Made by a program: the position numbers and the translations under genes. DNA of 64,000 nt from Myxococcales bacterium (GTDB taxonomy: Bacteria; Myxococcota_A; Polyangia; Polyangiales; DASUME01), in NCBI GenBank assembly GCA_047601445.1, contig JASGJH010000001.1, forward strand, positions 2,336,001 through 2,400,000, read 5' to 3'. Each line of letters starts with the position of its first letter. Position 1 is the stretch's first letter. Below the pieces are notes generated by a model. That model saw nothing but the letters and a program-made list of their open reading frames with translations. It was not told where the DNA came from and did no database searches. Positions 1 to 10,836 of this stretch are shown piece after piece.

Positions 1-1
1 T

Positions 2-703
2 GGCACGGCGGGCTTGACCCTGGTGCGCGTGGGCAACCTGGTGGGCGCCGACGGCCCCACCCTGCTCACCACCATCTCCCAGGTCGATCCCATTCGCGTG
101 CGCTTCCCGATCAGCGAGATCGAATACTTGAGGCGTTCGAGCTCGTTCAAGGAGCTCTCCAGCCGCGACCTCAAGTGGGCGCGCAAGCAGTTCACCAGCC
201 TGCACGACCATGGCACCACCGAAACCGGTGAGTCGGGCCTCGAGCTCATCCTCGCCGACGGGAGCACCTACGCAGAGCGCGGCGTGATCGTGGCCACCGA
301 CCGCAGCGTGAACGGCAGTACAGGCACCATCTTGCTCGAAGCGCTGTTCCCGAACCCCGACCAAACCTTGCGCCCCGGACAGTACGGGCGCGTGCGCATG
401 CAGGCCCACGACAGCGGTCAAGACTCGCTGGTGGTGCCGGAGCGCGCGTTGATGCAGACGCAGGGCATGTACTCTTTGGCCGTGGTGTCCAAGGAAAACA
501 AGGTCGAACTGCGCCCCGTGCAGGTCGGCGTGAGCACCGGGCAAGAGCGCGTGATCGTGGCGGGGTTGACGGCGGGCGAACGCATCGTCGTGGACGGTCT
601 GCAAAAGGTGAGCGACGGCGCGCAGGTGGTGCCCCAAGAGGCGCAGACCGCGGCCGCACCGACCACCAGCAACGGCGCCACCGCCCAGGGCAGCAAGAAC
701 TAG
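2..703 (+). CDS. RND efflux periplasmic adaptor (MFP), 5'-truncated by window edge
   Basis: Frame open from base 2; AcrA-like motifs (GNLVG..TLLTTISQVDPI, TGTILLEALFPNPD..LRPGQY, VVPERAL, GLTAGERIVVDGLQKV); 13 bp upstream of RND permease. Confidence 0.9.
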   Translation, partial: GTAGLTLVRVGNLVGADGPTLLTTISQVDPIRVRFPISEIEYLRRSSSFKELSSRDLKWARKQFTSLHDHGTTETGESGLELILADGSTYAERGVIVATDRSVNGSTGTILLEALFPNPDQTLRPGQYGRVRMQAHDSGQDSLVVPERALMQTQGMYSLAVVSKENKVELRPVQVGVSTGQERVIVAGLTAGERIVVDGLQKVSDGAQVVPQEAQTAAAPTTSNGATAQGSKN

Positions 704-716
704 GAGCGAGGCCAAG

Positions 717-3700
717 ATGTCTGAATTCTTCGTGCGTCGCCCGATCGTGGCGATGGTGATCGCGATCGCCACGGTGCTGATCGGTGGCGTGGCCCTGTTC
801 AGCCTGCCGATCGCACAGTTTCCGCAGATCATCCCGCCCCAAATCCAGCTCACCACGACGTATACGGGCGCGGACGCACTCACCATCGAGCAGTCGGTGG
901 CGACTCCCATCGAGCAGCAGATGAACGGCGTGGACAACATGCTGTACATCCAGTCGACCAACGCCAACGACGGCACGATGACCCAGAACGTCACGTTCGA
1001 TCTGGGCACCAATATCGACATCGACAACGTGCTCGTGCAGAACCGCTTCGCGCAGGCGCAGCCGGCGCTACCGCAGGACGTCAAGAACTTCGGCGTCACC
1101 ATCAAGAAGTCGCTGGCGTTCCCGCTGATCGTGGTCTCGTTCTACACCGAAGACGGCCGCTACGACTCGCAGTTCCTCACCAACTACGCAGTCATCAACG
1201 TGAACGACGCGCTCTTGCGCATCAAGGGCGTGGGCGATGTGCGCAACCTCGGCGCGTCCGACTACGCCATGCGCGTGTGGGTCAAGCCCGACGTGCTGGC
1301 GCGCCTCGGCCTGACGGTGACCGACGTGCAGAACGCGATCCGCGCGCAGAACGTGGTGAACCCAGCCGGTGAGATCGGCGGCGAGCCGGTGCCGAGCGGC
1401 CAGCAGATGACCTACACGATGCGCGCCCAGGGACGCCTGGTGACGGCCGAGGAATTCGCCAACGTCATCGTGCGTCAGAACGCGGACGGCAGCAGCGTAC
1501 GCGTGGGCGACGTCGCGAAGGTGGAACTCGGGGCCCTCAACTACCGCCAGTACGGCTCCTTCTCGGGCAAGCCTTCGGCGGTGTTGGCGGCTTTCCAGTC
1601 GCCGGGCTCCAACGCGCTCGACGTGGCGGAGAACATCAAGAGCACGCTCAAGGAGCTCGAGAAGCGCTTTCCGCCCGGCCTCAAGTACCAGATCTCCCTC
1701 GATGTCACGGCCCCGGTGCGCGCGGGCATCAGCGAGATCTTGCACACGCTGGGAGAGGCCATCGCGCTGGTGGTGCTGGTGGTGTTCGTCTTCCTGCAGA
1801 GCTTCCGCGCTACCTTGATTCCCCTGCTCACGGTGCCGGTGTCGTTGATCGGCGCGTTCGCGCTGTTCCCGCTGCTCGGCTTCTCCATCAACACGCTGTC
1901 CCTATTCGGCCTGGTGCTGGCCATCGGCTTGGTGGTCGACGACGCCATCGTGGTGGTGGAGGCGGTGGAACACCACATCGAGCAAGGTTTGAACCCGCGT
2001 GAAGCCACCCTGAAGGCCATGCGCGAGGTGCAAGGGCCCGTCATCGGCATCGCCCTGATCTTGGCCGCGGTGTTCATCCCGGTGGCCTTCATGAGCGGCA
2101 TCACGGGTCGCCTGTATCAGCAGTTCGCGCTCACCATCGCCATCTCGGTGTTGATCTCGGCCTTCAACGCGCTGAGCCTGAGCCCGGCCCTGGCGGCGCT
2201 CTTGCTCAAGCCCAAGGGCGAGCCGAAGGGCATCCTTGGGCGCCTCGGTGCCGCCTTCAACCGCTGGTTCACGCGCGTGACGGGCAGCTACGTGAGCATC
2301 AACCGCCTGCTCGTGCGCAAGCTGGTGATCCCGGTGGTGTTGCTCGCGGGCGTGAGCGGCGCGTCCTACGCGCTCGGCAAGGATCTACCGAGCGGGTTCG
2401 TGCCGGAGGAAGACCAGGGCTACATCGTGCTCGGGGTGCAGCTGCCGGACGCCGCCTCCTTGCAGCGCACGCGCGCCGTGTTCGACAAGGTGGGCAAGAT
2501 CCTCCAGGAGACCGACGGCATCCGCGTGTACAACGCCATCGCCGGCTTCAGCTTCTTCACGCGCAGCGCAGCGCCTTACGTGGGCACCGCCTTCGCGCAG
2601 CTCGAGCCCTGGGACGAGCGCGGTCCGAAGCTCACCGCCAAGGACATCGTCGCCAGCCTGAATGCCAAGTTCTCCAAGATCCCGGAGGCCATGGTGTTCG
2701 CGGTGGCACCGCCCGCCATCCCGGGTATCAGCGCCGCCGGTGGCTTCAGCATGATGCTGCAGGACAAGAGCGGTGGCTCGGTGGAATTCCTGTCGCAGAA
2801 CGTCGGCAAATTCCTGGCAGCGGCGCGCAAGCGTCCGGAGCTCGTGGGCGTGCGTCCCAACTTCGCGCCCGCGGTGCCTCAGGTGTTCGCGGAAATCGAC
2901 AAGGAGAAGGTGCTCAAGCAGGGCGTCCCGCTCAGCGAGGTGTACGGCGCGCTGCAGTCGTTCCTGGGCGGCGCCTACGTGAACGACTTCACGCGCTTTG
3001 GTCGCCAGTGGCGCGTGTTCGTGCAGGCTGGCCCGGAGTATCGGCGCAACAAGGAAGACCTCGCCGGATTCTACGTACGCAATCAGCGCGGCGAAATGGT
3101 GCCGCTCTCCACCCTGGTGACGGCGCGCATGACGGCCGGCCCCGAGTACACCACGCGCTTCAATCTGTACCGCGCGGTGGAGGTGATGGGCGCGGCGGCG
3201 CCTGGCTACAGCTCGGGCCAAGCGTTGAGCGCGCTGGAGGAGGTAGCCCGTGACGTGTTGCCGCCCGAGATGGGGTACTCGTGGAACGCGCTCTCCTACC
3301 AGGAGAAGGTCGCGAGCGGGAGCTCGACGCAGGTGCTGGGGCTGTCCCTGGTGTTCGTGTTCTTGATCCTGGCCGCCCTCTACGAGAGCTGGTCGCTGCC
3401 CTTCAGCGTCCTGTTGAGCGTCCCGGTGGCCATCCTGGGCGCTTACCTGGGACTGATGTCACGCCACATCGACAACAACGTGTTCGCACAGATCGGGCTG
3501 GTGCTGCTGGTGGGGCTGACGGCCAAGAACGCCATCTTGATCGTGGAGTTCGCGAAGCTGCAGCTCGAGGAGGGTAAACCTCTGATCGAGGCCGCCCTGG
3601 AGGGAGCACGGCTACGGCTGCGCCCCATCCTGATGACCTCGTTCGCCTTCATCTTCGGCTGCTTGCCGCTGTGGTTCGCCACGGGCGCGGGCGCTGGCGG

Positions 3701-3875
3701 GCGCGTCACCATGGGCACCACCGTGGTGTCAGGCATGCTGCTGGCCACGGTGTTCGGCATCTTCCTGATCCCGGCGCTGTTCGTGCTGGTGGAACGAATC
3801 GCCGGTCACAGGGACAAGCAAGCCGTCGCACCCGCGCGGGATCTGGAGACCGAACACGCGGTGCACGCTGAGTAG
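717..3875 (+). CDS. HAE1-family multidrug efflux RND permease (AcrB/MexB-like)
   Basis: 1052 aa; MSEFFVRRPIVA start, GLVVDDAIVVVE, AKNAILIVEFA, RLRPILMTSFAF; SD AGGAG upstream. Confidence 0.95.
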   Translation: MSEFFVRRPIVAMVIAIATVLIGGVALFSLPIAQFPQIIPPQIQLTTTYTGADALTIEQSVATPIEQQMNGVDNMLYIQSTNANDGTMTQNVTFDLGTNIDIDNVLVQNRFAQAQPALPQDVKNFGVTIKKSLAFPLIVVSFYTEDGRYDSQFLTNYAVINVNDALLRIKGVGDVRNLGASDYAMRVWVKPDVLARLGLTVTDVQNAIRAQNVVNPAGEIGGEPVPSGQQMTYTMRAQGRLVTAEEFANVIVRQNADGSSVRVGDVAKVELGALNYRQYGSFSGKPSAVLAAFQSPGSNALDVAENIKSTLKELEKRFPPGLKYQISLDVTAPVRAGISEILHTLGEAIALVVLVVFVFLQSFRATLIPLLTVPVSLIGAFALFPLLGFSINTLSLFGLVLAIGLVVDDAIVVVEAVEHHIEQGLNPREATLKAMREVQGPVIGIALILAAVFIPVAFMSGITGRLYQQFALTIAISVLISAFNALSLSPALAALLLKPKGEPKGILGRLGAAFNRWFTRVTGSYVSINRLLVRKLVIPVVLLAGVSGASYALGKDLPSGFVPEEDQGYIVLGVQLPDAASLQRTRAVFDKVGKILQETDGIRVYNAIAGFSFFTRSAAPYVGTAFAQLEPWDERGPKLTAKDIVASLNAKFSKIPEAMVFAVAPPAIPGISAAGGFSMMLQDKSGGSVEFLSQNVGKFLAAARKRPELVGVRPNFAPAVPQVFAEIDKEKVLKQGVPLSEVYGALQSFLGGAYVNDFTRFGRQWRVFVQAGPEYRRNKEDLAGFYVRNQRGEMVPLSTLVTARMTAGPEYTTRFNLYRAVEVMGAAAPGYSSGQALSALEEVARDVLPPEMGYSWNALSYQEKVASGSSTQVLGLSLVFVFLILAALYESWSLPFSVLLSVPVAILGAYLGLMSRHIDNNVFAQIGLVLLVGLTAKNAILIVEFAKLQLEEGKPLIEAALEGARLRLRPILMTSFAFIFGCLPLWFATGAGAGGRVTMGTTVVSGMLLATVFGIFLIPALFVLVERIAGHRDKQAVAPARDLETEHAVHAE

Positions 3876-3893
3876 TCGGGGATCTTCGCGCGC

Positions 3894-6168
3894 TCAGAGC
3901 AGCAGTTCGGCTACGCAGTTCACGTTGCAGCCGTCGTTGTTCTCGCGGTTGCCGTCGTCGCAGCCCTCCCCGGGCTGCACCATGCCGTCACCACAGCGCG
4001 GCCCCAGCGTGCATCCCGGCGCGCACTCGCCGTAGCCACCGTCGTTGGTGCCGTCGTCGCACTCCTCGTACTTGCTCTGGACCTGGCCGTCGCCGCAGAA
4101 CGCGGGCAGCTTGCAGCCTGGTGCGCAGCCGCTGCCGTACACGCTGCGGTTCAAGCCGTCGTCGCAAGCCTCGCCGTGTTCGCTCTCGGGCTTGCCGTCG
4201 CCGCAGTAGCCACCGCGTGACTTGCAGTCGGAGGCGCAGGTGCCGTGGGGGGCCGGGCTCTCGCTGGCGTTGTCGTCGCCCTGATCGCAGACCTCGTTGC
4301 TCGCCACCTTGCTGTCGCCACAGGTGGAGTGACAGACGGAACTTGGGACGATTGAAGTCCTTCAGGGTCACGCTGAAGTTCGAGCCGCACTCGTTGCGTT
4401 CGGCGTGGAACATCACGATCTCGTAGACGCCGCCCAGGCTGAGGCCGAGGTTGTTGTTGCTGGCGTCCAGCGGTGACTTGTTGTTGTCGGTCATACCCGA
4501 CGCTGGCGTCTTCACCGTGCCGTCGGCACTGTCGGGGCCGTCGCCGTCGGTGTCCGCGTCGAGCTCGAAGGTACCCTTGAGGCTGCCGTGGAGCCCGCCC
4601 AGGTCCACCACCAAGTGGCCGTTGACGAAGACCCACATGTCATCGTCGCCGTCGAACACGAAGCGCTCGCCGCCCTGGTACTCGAACCAGAAGTGCGTTT
4701 CGCTGGTGAACGACACGTTGTGGCCGCACGCGGTGCTCTCGAGATCGACAGCGGCGGCCACCCACCCCTTCTCATCGAGGGGATAGAAGCTGTTCGCACC
4801 ATTGAAGAAGTAGCTCCCGAGCAGCGGACCTTCGGTCTGACGCTCGAGGGGCAGCTCGCCGATCACGGTCTTGGCGCCCTGGTAGTCCGAGTCGTACCAC
4901 TGGTCGAAGTCGGCGAAGCCGGAGAAGTTGTCGCGGTTGTTGGTGCCGTCACGGGTAGCGTTCTTCTTGCCCGTCTGACCGGGGTTGTCGGCGCAGAGCG
5001 CCGTCGTGTCGCGATCACCGCACACATATACGGGCCGTCCGTCAGCGCCGAGGAGGCCCTCTAGCACGCCGCCGGGCACGCTCGAAGTGAGCCCGTTGAA
5101 GTTGATATGGAAGCAGGGGATGAGGTTGGTCGGTCCCACCGGCTCGTCGAAGATGGGGTCGTAGCAGGTGTTGCTCGGGATCTTGCTGTGCCCCTGGCCG
5201 ATGAAATCGCGGAACACGATGGGCAGCTTGAGGTCCTTCTGCGGATCGGGCGGCTGGTCTTCACAGGTGTAGCCGAACTCCACTTCGCAGCGCGCCGAGC
5301 AGCCGTCACCGCTGCGCGTGTTGCCGTCGTCACAGGCCTCGTTGCTGTAGCGCTGCCCGTCGCCGCACACCGGTTCGCACACGCCACCGGTGCAGTGGGG
5401 CTCCTTCTTGCAATCGAAGCAGCCGTCGAAGGGCATGTCGAAGGGCTTGCCGGCGCTGTCCTCGCACTGCTCACCGCGCTCGACCGTGCCGTTGCCGCAC
5501 TCGGTCAGGAAGCAGCCCTGGGCATTGCAATCGTGATCGGCCTCGATGAGGCAGTTGGTGCAACCGGGCACCGACTCCACGAAGTCGCACTCCTCGAAGC
5601 CCGCGACCACTCCGTCGCCGCAGGCAAACGCCTCACAGCGCGCGCCGGCGATGGGGCAGCTCCAGCCGGACTCCACGCTGCAGGCGGCGCTGCAGCCATC
5701 CAGATCCGTGGTGTTTCCGTCGTCGCAGGTCTCGTCGCCGGTCACCTTGCCGTCGCCGCACTCGACGGTCGATTCGCAAGGCGTGCCGGGCTCGAAGCAC
5801 ACGAAGTTGGCCTCGAGCATGCAGTTGGCCGTGCAGCCATCACCCGACTCACCGTTGCCGTCATCGCAGGTCTCGCCAGCCACGTTGAGGAGGCCGTCGC
5901 CGCAGGCTGGCAGCGGCTTGGGAATGCAACCGGCTTCACCCAGGCACATGACGGATCCGTCGCCGAGATCGGCGCCCCCGTCTCCGTCGCCTGGCTCATC
6001 ATCGCCGTCGCCAGGATCGCCGCCGTTCCCGGCATCGCCCTCGTCGTCCTCGTCCCCGGGACGTCCTTCGCCACCGTTCGAACATCCCGCTAGGGCAAGC
6101 ACCGCAAACGCAAGCAACCAACGACTCGCGCCTGCGCGCCGAGTCGAGCGGCCCAACGACCTATCCAT
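3894..6168 (-). CDS. Fibro-slime (PA14) domain lipoprotein with Myxococcus Cys-rich repeats; split by a +1 frameshift at ~4340
   Basis: Lipobox LAGC; many CGDG..E.CDDGN..GDGC repeats; FTSETHFWFEYQGGERFVFDGDDDMWVFVNGHLVVDLGGLH; removing one base of AA at 4340-4341 gives ...DFNRPK-SVCHSTCGDSKVASNEVCD and joins ORFs 3988..6186 and 3894..4307 (~757 aa). Confidence 0.85.
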
Positions 6169-6309
6169 GAACGCACTGCCTTCCAACGACCTCGCGGGGT
6201 GCGACTGCCAGGCGCCCGCTGATCCCCTTAAGGATAGGGAAACTCGCGTACGCCTGAGAAGGTGGTGTTCATGGGGCGCGATCGGGGTCAGGTAGGCGCG
6301 GCGAGCACC

Positions 6310-7704
6310 TCAGGTTCGGTGGCCGCCCCCACCGGTGGCCGCGGGAGGGCTGCCGGCGTAGCGCTCGAGCTTCCGGTAAAGAGTCTTGCGATCCAGCCCG
6401 AGGACGCGTGCGGCGAGTCGCTTGTTGCCTGCCACCGCCTCCATGACGCGCACGATGTAGCGACGCTCCACTTCTTCGAGCGGAACCAGTTCGGCGGGGT
6501 CCTCGCCTGCCACGATGATGTGGGAGCGGCGATAGTTGCGGACGCGTGCCGGCAGATCCTCGGGGCTCACGTGCTCGTAGCGAGCGAGCGCCACCGCGTG
6601 TTCGATGCAATTCATGAGCTCGCGTACATTGCCGGGCCACGGATAGTCGAGCAGGAGCTCGGCGGCCTTGGGGGCAAAACTCTGCACGTCCTTGCCCGCG
6701 CGCAGCGCGAAGTCGTTGAGGAAGTGTTGCGCCAGCAGCAGCACGTCCGCGCCGCGCGTGCGCAAGGGCGGAAGCTCGATGGGCAACACGTGAATCCGGA
6801 AGAAGAGGTCTTCGCGGAAGCGCCCTTCGTCCACCGCCTGCACCAGGTCTCGGTTGGTGGCGGCCACGATGCGGACGTCGAGCGAGAGCTCGTGATCGCT
6901 ACCCACTGGGCGCACTACGCGCTCCTGCAACACACGCAGGAACTTGGCCTGTGCCGAGAGCGGCAGCTCGCCGATTTCGTCGAGGAACAAGGTGCCCGAC
7001 TGGGCCTGAACCAGGAGCCCAGGACGGCTGCTGCGGGCGTCCGTGAAGGCCCCCTTGGCGTGGCCAAACAGCTCGCTCTCGATGAGCGACTCGGGGACCG
7101 CCGCGCAGTTGACCGCCACGAAGGGCCCCTTGGCACGCCTGCTCAGGCGATGCAGAGCGCGCGCGACCACCTCTTTGCCCGTGCCGCTCTCGCCGGTGAT
7201 CAGCACCGTGGCGTCGGCCTCGGCGACGCGCTCCACGAGGCTCTTCACACCGAGGATCGCGGGGCTCTCACCGAGCAACTCCTCGGGGCTCGAGCGGCGC
7301 TCCACGGCCGAGCGTAGACGGCGTACTTCCTGGCGCAGCTTGCGGTGTTGCACGGCGCGCTCGAGCACCAGCACCACGGCCTCGATGTCGACGGGCTTGG
7401 TGATGAAGTCGTAGGCCCCTGCGCGGATCGCGCCGATCGCGGTCTCCATGCTGCCGAAGGCGGTGAGCATCACGACCGGGATGTCCGGACGCTCCGCGTT
7501 GATGCGTTGGCACAGCTCGAGGCCGTTGAGGCCGGGCATGTTGAGATCGCTGAGCACGGCGTCGAAGTCCGCGCGCGCGAGCTCACTCAACGCCTGTGGC
7601 GGGGCGCTGATGGCGGTGACCTCGAAGCCCGCGTCGCGCAGACCGAGCTCGAGCGCGCGGCAGAGCGCGGCGTCGTCTTCGACGACCAGGATGGAACCTC
7701 TCAC
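6310..7704 (-). CDS. Sigma-54-dependent response regulator (NtrC/ZraR family)
   Basis: REC domain (VVEDD, DLNMP), [31 protein letters not shown]-terminal Fis-type HTH. Confidence 0.95.
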   Translation of the reverse strand: MRGSILVVEDDAALCRALELGLRDAGFEVTAISAPPQALSELARADFDAVLSDLNMPGLNGLELCQRINAERPDIPVVMLTAFGSMETAIGAIRAGAYDFITKPVDIEAVVLVLERAVQHRKLRQEVRRLRSAVERRSSPEELLGESPAILGVKSLVERVAEADATVLITGESGTGKEVVARALHRLSRRAKGPFVAVNCAAVPESLIESELFGHAKGAFTDARSSRPGLLVQAQSGTLFLDEIGELPLSAQAKFLRVLQERVVRPVGSDHELSLDVRIVAATNRDLVQAVDEGRFREDLFFRIHVLPIELPPLRTRGADVLLLAQHFLNDFALRAGKDVQSFAPKAAELLLDYPWPGNVRELMNCIEHAVALARYEHVSPEDLPARVRNYRRSHIIVAGEDPAELVPLEEVERRYIVRVMEAVAGNKRLAARVLGLDRKTLYRKLERYAGSPPAATGGGGHRT

Positions 7705-9134
7705 GTAGCCTCCAATGCAGGTAGACGGACGGTAAATGCGGAGCCATGGCCCGGCTCTGACTCGACCTCGATAAAACCAGCGTGCTCCTCGATGATGCCG
7801 TGGGCCACCGAGAGCCCGAGCCCGGTTCCGTGCCCCACTTCCTTGGTGGTGAAGAACGGCTCGAAGATGCGCGCGCGGACCTCTTCGCTCATGCCCGATC
7901 CGTGGTCGGTCACGCGCATGAAGCAGTAGGCCGCGTCGGCACGCGGGCCCGCGCTGGCGCCCGAACTTTCTTGCGGGCCGGTCTCGATCAGGATGTCGGC
8001 GCCGGTGGACGAGGCGTGGATGGCGTTGACCACCAGATTGGTCAAGACCTGCTGGAGCTGGCCGACATCGGCAGCGACCCGCGCCATGCCGAGCGCGCTG
8101 TGGGTGAGGCGCACGCCGTGGCGCTGTGCCAAACCGGTCAACAGCGAGACCGAGCTCTCGGCCACGTCACCCAGCTCGATCTCGATGGGCTTGGGGGACT
8201 TGCGGCGGGCGAACTCCAGCAGCTGAGAGATGATGGCCGTCATGCGCCGGGTCTGCTGCTCGATGCCACGCGCCGTCTCCTCTGCCTCGCGCCCCTGGAC
8301 TTTGCCGACGGCGATGCGCTTGGCTTCGAGGCTGACCACATTGAGCGGCGTGCCGAGCTCGTGGGCGACGCCCGCCGCCAGCCTGCCTACCGTGGTGAGC
8401 CGCTCCGCGTGGCGTAGCTGCTCCAGGGCCAGGCGACGCGCGTTCTGAGCAGCGTCCAGGCGTTCACACATCGCGTTCATCTCCGTGGCCAGATCACCGA
8501 GCTCGTCGCGTTGCTTGAACGTCAGCGGCCCAGACAGGTCGCCCGCGCCCACGCGGCGGGCCTTTTCCATGATCAATGCAATCGGCTTGCCAACGAAGGC
8601 CACGCCCAGCCAGCTGGTCAGCATGGCGGCCAGGGAAGCGATCAGCGCGGTGGAGAGCAACGTGCGCAGGATGGTGGCGCGCATCTGCTCGGACTCGAAG
8701 GCCAGCGACTCGCGCAGCTCGATGGCCCCCATGCGGCCGTCGTGCAGTGGAATGGGCACGTATGTGATGAGCCAATCTTGCCCGTCGATGTCGGCGATGC
8801 GCTCCGCGGGCGCTCCATGGGCGAGCTCCCGGGCCTGCGGCTTGGTGAGCACCGGAGCCACGTCGCCGGTACCGTAGGGCCAGACCCAACCCAGGGTGAT
8901 CGCACTCTCGCGCTGGTTGGTCGCCTGGACCAGGGCCAACGCTCGGAGCGGACCGTCGTCGCGCCAGACGTCCGGCACAATCGCGCGCAGCGCGCGACCG
9001 AGGGTGCGGTGGTCGCGCCGGATGTCTTCTCTCAGCACACGACCGTCGCGGTCGATGCGCTCGAGGGCGTGCATCGCGAGCACCGCGATCATGACGCTCA
9101 AAATCGCCAAGGTAAGCTTGCGGGCAAGCTTCAT
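7701..9134 (-). CDS. HAMP-domain sensor histidine kinase
   Basis: Two TM segments, HAMP (DELGDLATEMNAM), H-box AHELGTPL, N-box NLVVNAIHA, DHGSGM, FFTTK, GTGLGL; 4-bp overlap with regulator. Confidence 0.95.
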   Translation of the reverse strand: MKLARKLTLAILSVMIAVLAMHALERIDRDGRVLREDIRRDHRTLGRALRAIVPDVWRDDGPLRALALVQATNQRESAITLGWVWPYGTGDVAPVLTKPQARELAHGAPAERIADIDGQDWLITYVPIPLHDGRMGAIELRESLAFESEQMRATILRTLLSTALIASLAAMLTSWLGVAFVGKPIALIMEKARRVGAGDLSGPLTFKQRDELGDLATEMNAMCERLDAAQNARRLALEQLRHAERLTTVGRLAAGVAHELGTPLNVVSLEAKRIAVGKVQGREAEETARGIEQQTRRMTAIISQLLEFARRKSPKPIEIELGDVAESSVSLLTGLAQRHGVRLTHSALGMARVAADVGQLQQVLTNLVVNAIHASSTGADILIETGPQESSGASAGPRADAAYCFMRVTDHGSGMSEEVRARIFEPFFTTKEVGHGTGLGLSVAHGIIEEHAGFIEVESEPGHGSAFTVRLPALEAT

Positions 9135-9429
9135 GTCTCCTCACGAACTCGGTAGCGGGAGTCGGCCCCTGGACTTGAGAAGATCTTCCCAACCCCCCGC
9201 CGACCTCTAGCGAGTAGCGCAAAATCGAGGCTCACTCCAAGCATTCCTGAGGACCTCTCGCGAGCTCGTCGAGGCGGCGCTCGCAAACGCACACTTCGTC
9301 CGAGTGTCCCGAATTTCCCTGGCCCCTTTTCGCCCCATGTAGCTGCGAATCGGGTGGTTCTTCCCCAACTACCTTCGGGCTGCCTGGGTTTAATGCCGCC
9401 TGAATGACGGTCGCGTTACGAGCGCGAGC

Positions 9430-9445
9430 TGGCATGTTGGCTGCA
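9430..9445 (+). promoter_or_regulatory. Sigma-54 (-24/-12) promoter of the czcCBA-like operon
   Basis: TGGCATGTTGGCTGCA = GG-N10-GC, 56 bp upstream of the TolC-family ATG and divergent from a sigma-54 activator pair. Confidence 0.7.
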
Positions 9446-9501
9446 ATGGCGCCCCACGAGGCTCATCCGCTGCGCATCGCGGGAGCTTCGAAGCGCCATC
9501 G

Positions 9502-10836
9502 ATGATCAAGACCCCATGCTTCTCGTTCCTGACGCTGCTGTGTGTCGGGGCCATGCTCGAACTCACCCTGCCGACCAAGCAAGCCCATGCGGAGGCAGCT
9601 GCCGATTCAGCCACCCGCGCCACCTTCCGGGCCGAGTCGGCGAGCTCCCTGGCGGATCTCGAGGCCGCGCTCGCCGAGCGGGCACCCGAGGTGACCGCCG
9701 CGCGTCGCGACGCGGCGCTCTCGGACGCCGAGGTTCGTCAGAGCCACCTCTACAACAACCCACAGTTGGACACGAGCTGGGGCACGCTCCCGGTGGGAGC
9801 CAGCAATCCGGCCGGACTCGCGCATCCGTACGCCAACGTGCCGAACTATGGCATCGGGTTCACACAAACCATCCCGATCGGCAAACGAGGTCCACGTCAG
9901 CGCCAGGCCAAGGCGCTGTCCGTGGCGGCCCACGCCAACGTCGAGGTCACCACCCGCAGCCTGGCCTTCGATCTCGCCGACATCCTGGGCGAGCTGGCCA
10001 CGTCGACCCTACGACGTGAGGGGTTTGCCGAGCTCGAAGCGAGCGCGGAGCGCTCTCTGACCCTGGCCAAGAGCCGCCTGGCCACCCAGTTCGGCACCGG
10101 CCTGGACGTCGATCGCTCGAGCATCGACGCGCAGCGCGTGAAGCAGCAGCGCCTGGGCAGCGAGTCGGCCATTCGCGAGCAGCTGGCTGCCTGCAGCAGC
10201 CTGGTGATGCGACCTTGCGAAGGCTTTGCGGATAGCTCCGAGGCGCTCAGCTACTTGCACACCTGGCTGGAGCAGACCCAACAGTCCCAGGCTCCGCTGA
10301 AACAGCGCCCGGACCTGCGCGTGCTCGAGGCCGAGGCCCACGCCGCATCCGCCGCGCTCGACCTCGCCAAGGCAGAGCGCATCCCCGATCCCACCGTGCG
10401 ACTCGGATATCTGCACGACCGCTTCGTGGTCTCGGGCAATCAGCGCAACTCCGTGAACGCAGCCATCAGCCTGCCGTTGCCTCTGTTCGACCACGGTCAG
10501 GCCAAGCGTGCCGCCGCCGAAGCGGCGCGACGCTCGCTCGAACAGGAACGCCAACAACTCCTCCAGCGAGCGCAGCGCCAGGCGCCGCTCCTGGCGGAGC
10601 GTAGCGAGCTCGCGCGCGAGCTCTGCCAGCGCCTCGAGCGCGAAATTTTGCCGCAAGCCCGTGGGGTGCTCGACAACCTCGAGCACGCCGAAGCTTCCCG
10701 CCTCGTCTCCATGACCGAGGTGATCCAGGCCCGCCGCACCGTGAGCGAGCTGTTGTTGGAGGAAGCGGACAGCTGCGGTGATGCCTACCAAGCCACGCTC
10801 GCGCTGTTGCGCGAGGCCCCGAGGAGCGAGCCATGA
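9502..10836 (+). CDS. TolC/CzcC-family outer membrane efflux protein
   Basis: Signal peptide, NPQL..., QTIPIGKRGPR, RPDLR, SLPLPLFDHGQ repeats typical of OEP; first gene of a tripartite operon. Confidence 0.85.
   Translation: MIKTPCFSFLTLLCVGAMLELTLPTKQAHAEAAADSATRATFRAESASSLADLEAALAERAPEVTAARRDAALSDAEVRQSHLYNNPQLDTSWGTLPVGASNPAGLAHPYANVPNYGIGFTQTIPIGKRGPRQRQAKALSVAAHANVEVTTRSLAFDLADILGELATSTLRREGFAELEASAERSLTLAKSRLATQFGTGLDVDRSSIDAQRVKQQRLGSESAIREQLAACSSLVMRPCEGFADSSEALSYLHTWLEQTQQSQAPLKQRPDLRVLEAEAHAASAALDLAKAERIPDPTVRLGYLHDRFVVSGNQRNSVNAAISLPLPLFDHGQAKRAAAEAARRSLEQERQQLLQRAQRQAPLLAERSELARELCQRLEREILPQARGVLDNLEHAEASRLVSMTEVIQARRTVSELLLEEADSCGDAYQATLALLREAPRSEP

Noticed and set aside
9232..9435. 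67-aa ORF in the HK/czcC intergenic region
   Set aside because: Overlaps the sigma-54 promoter and enhancer region; no SD, motif or codon bias.
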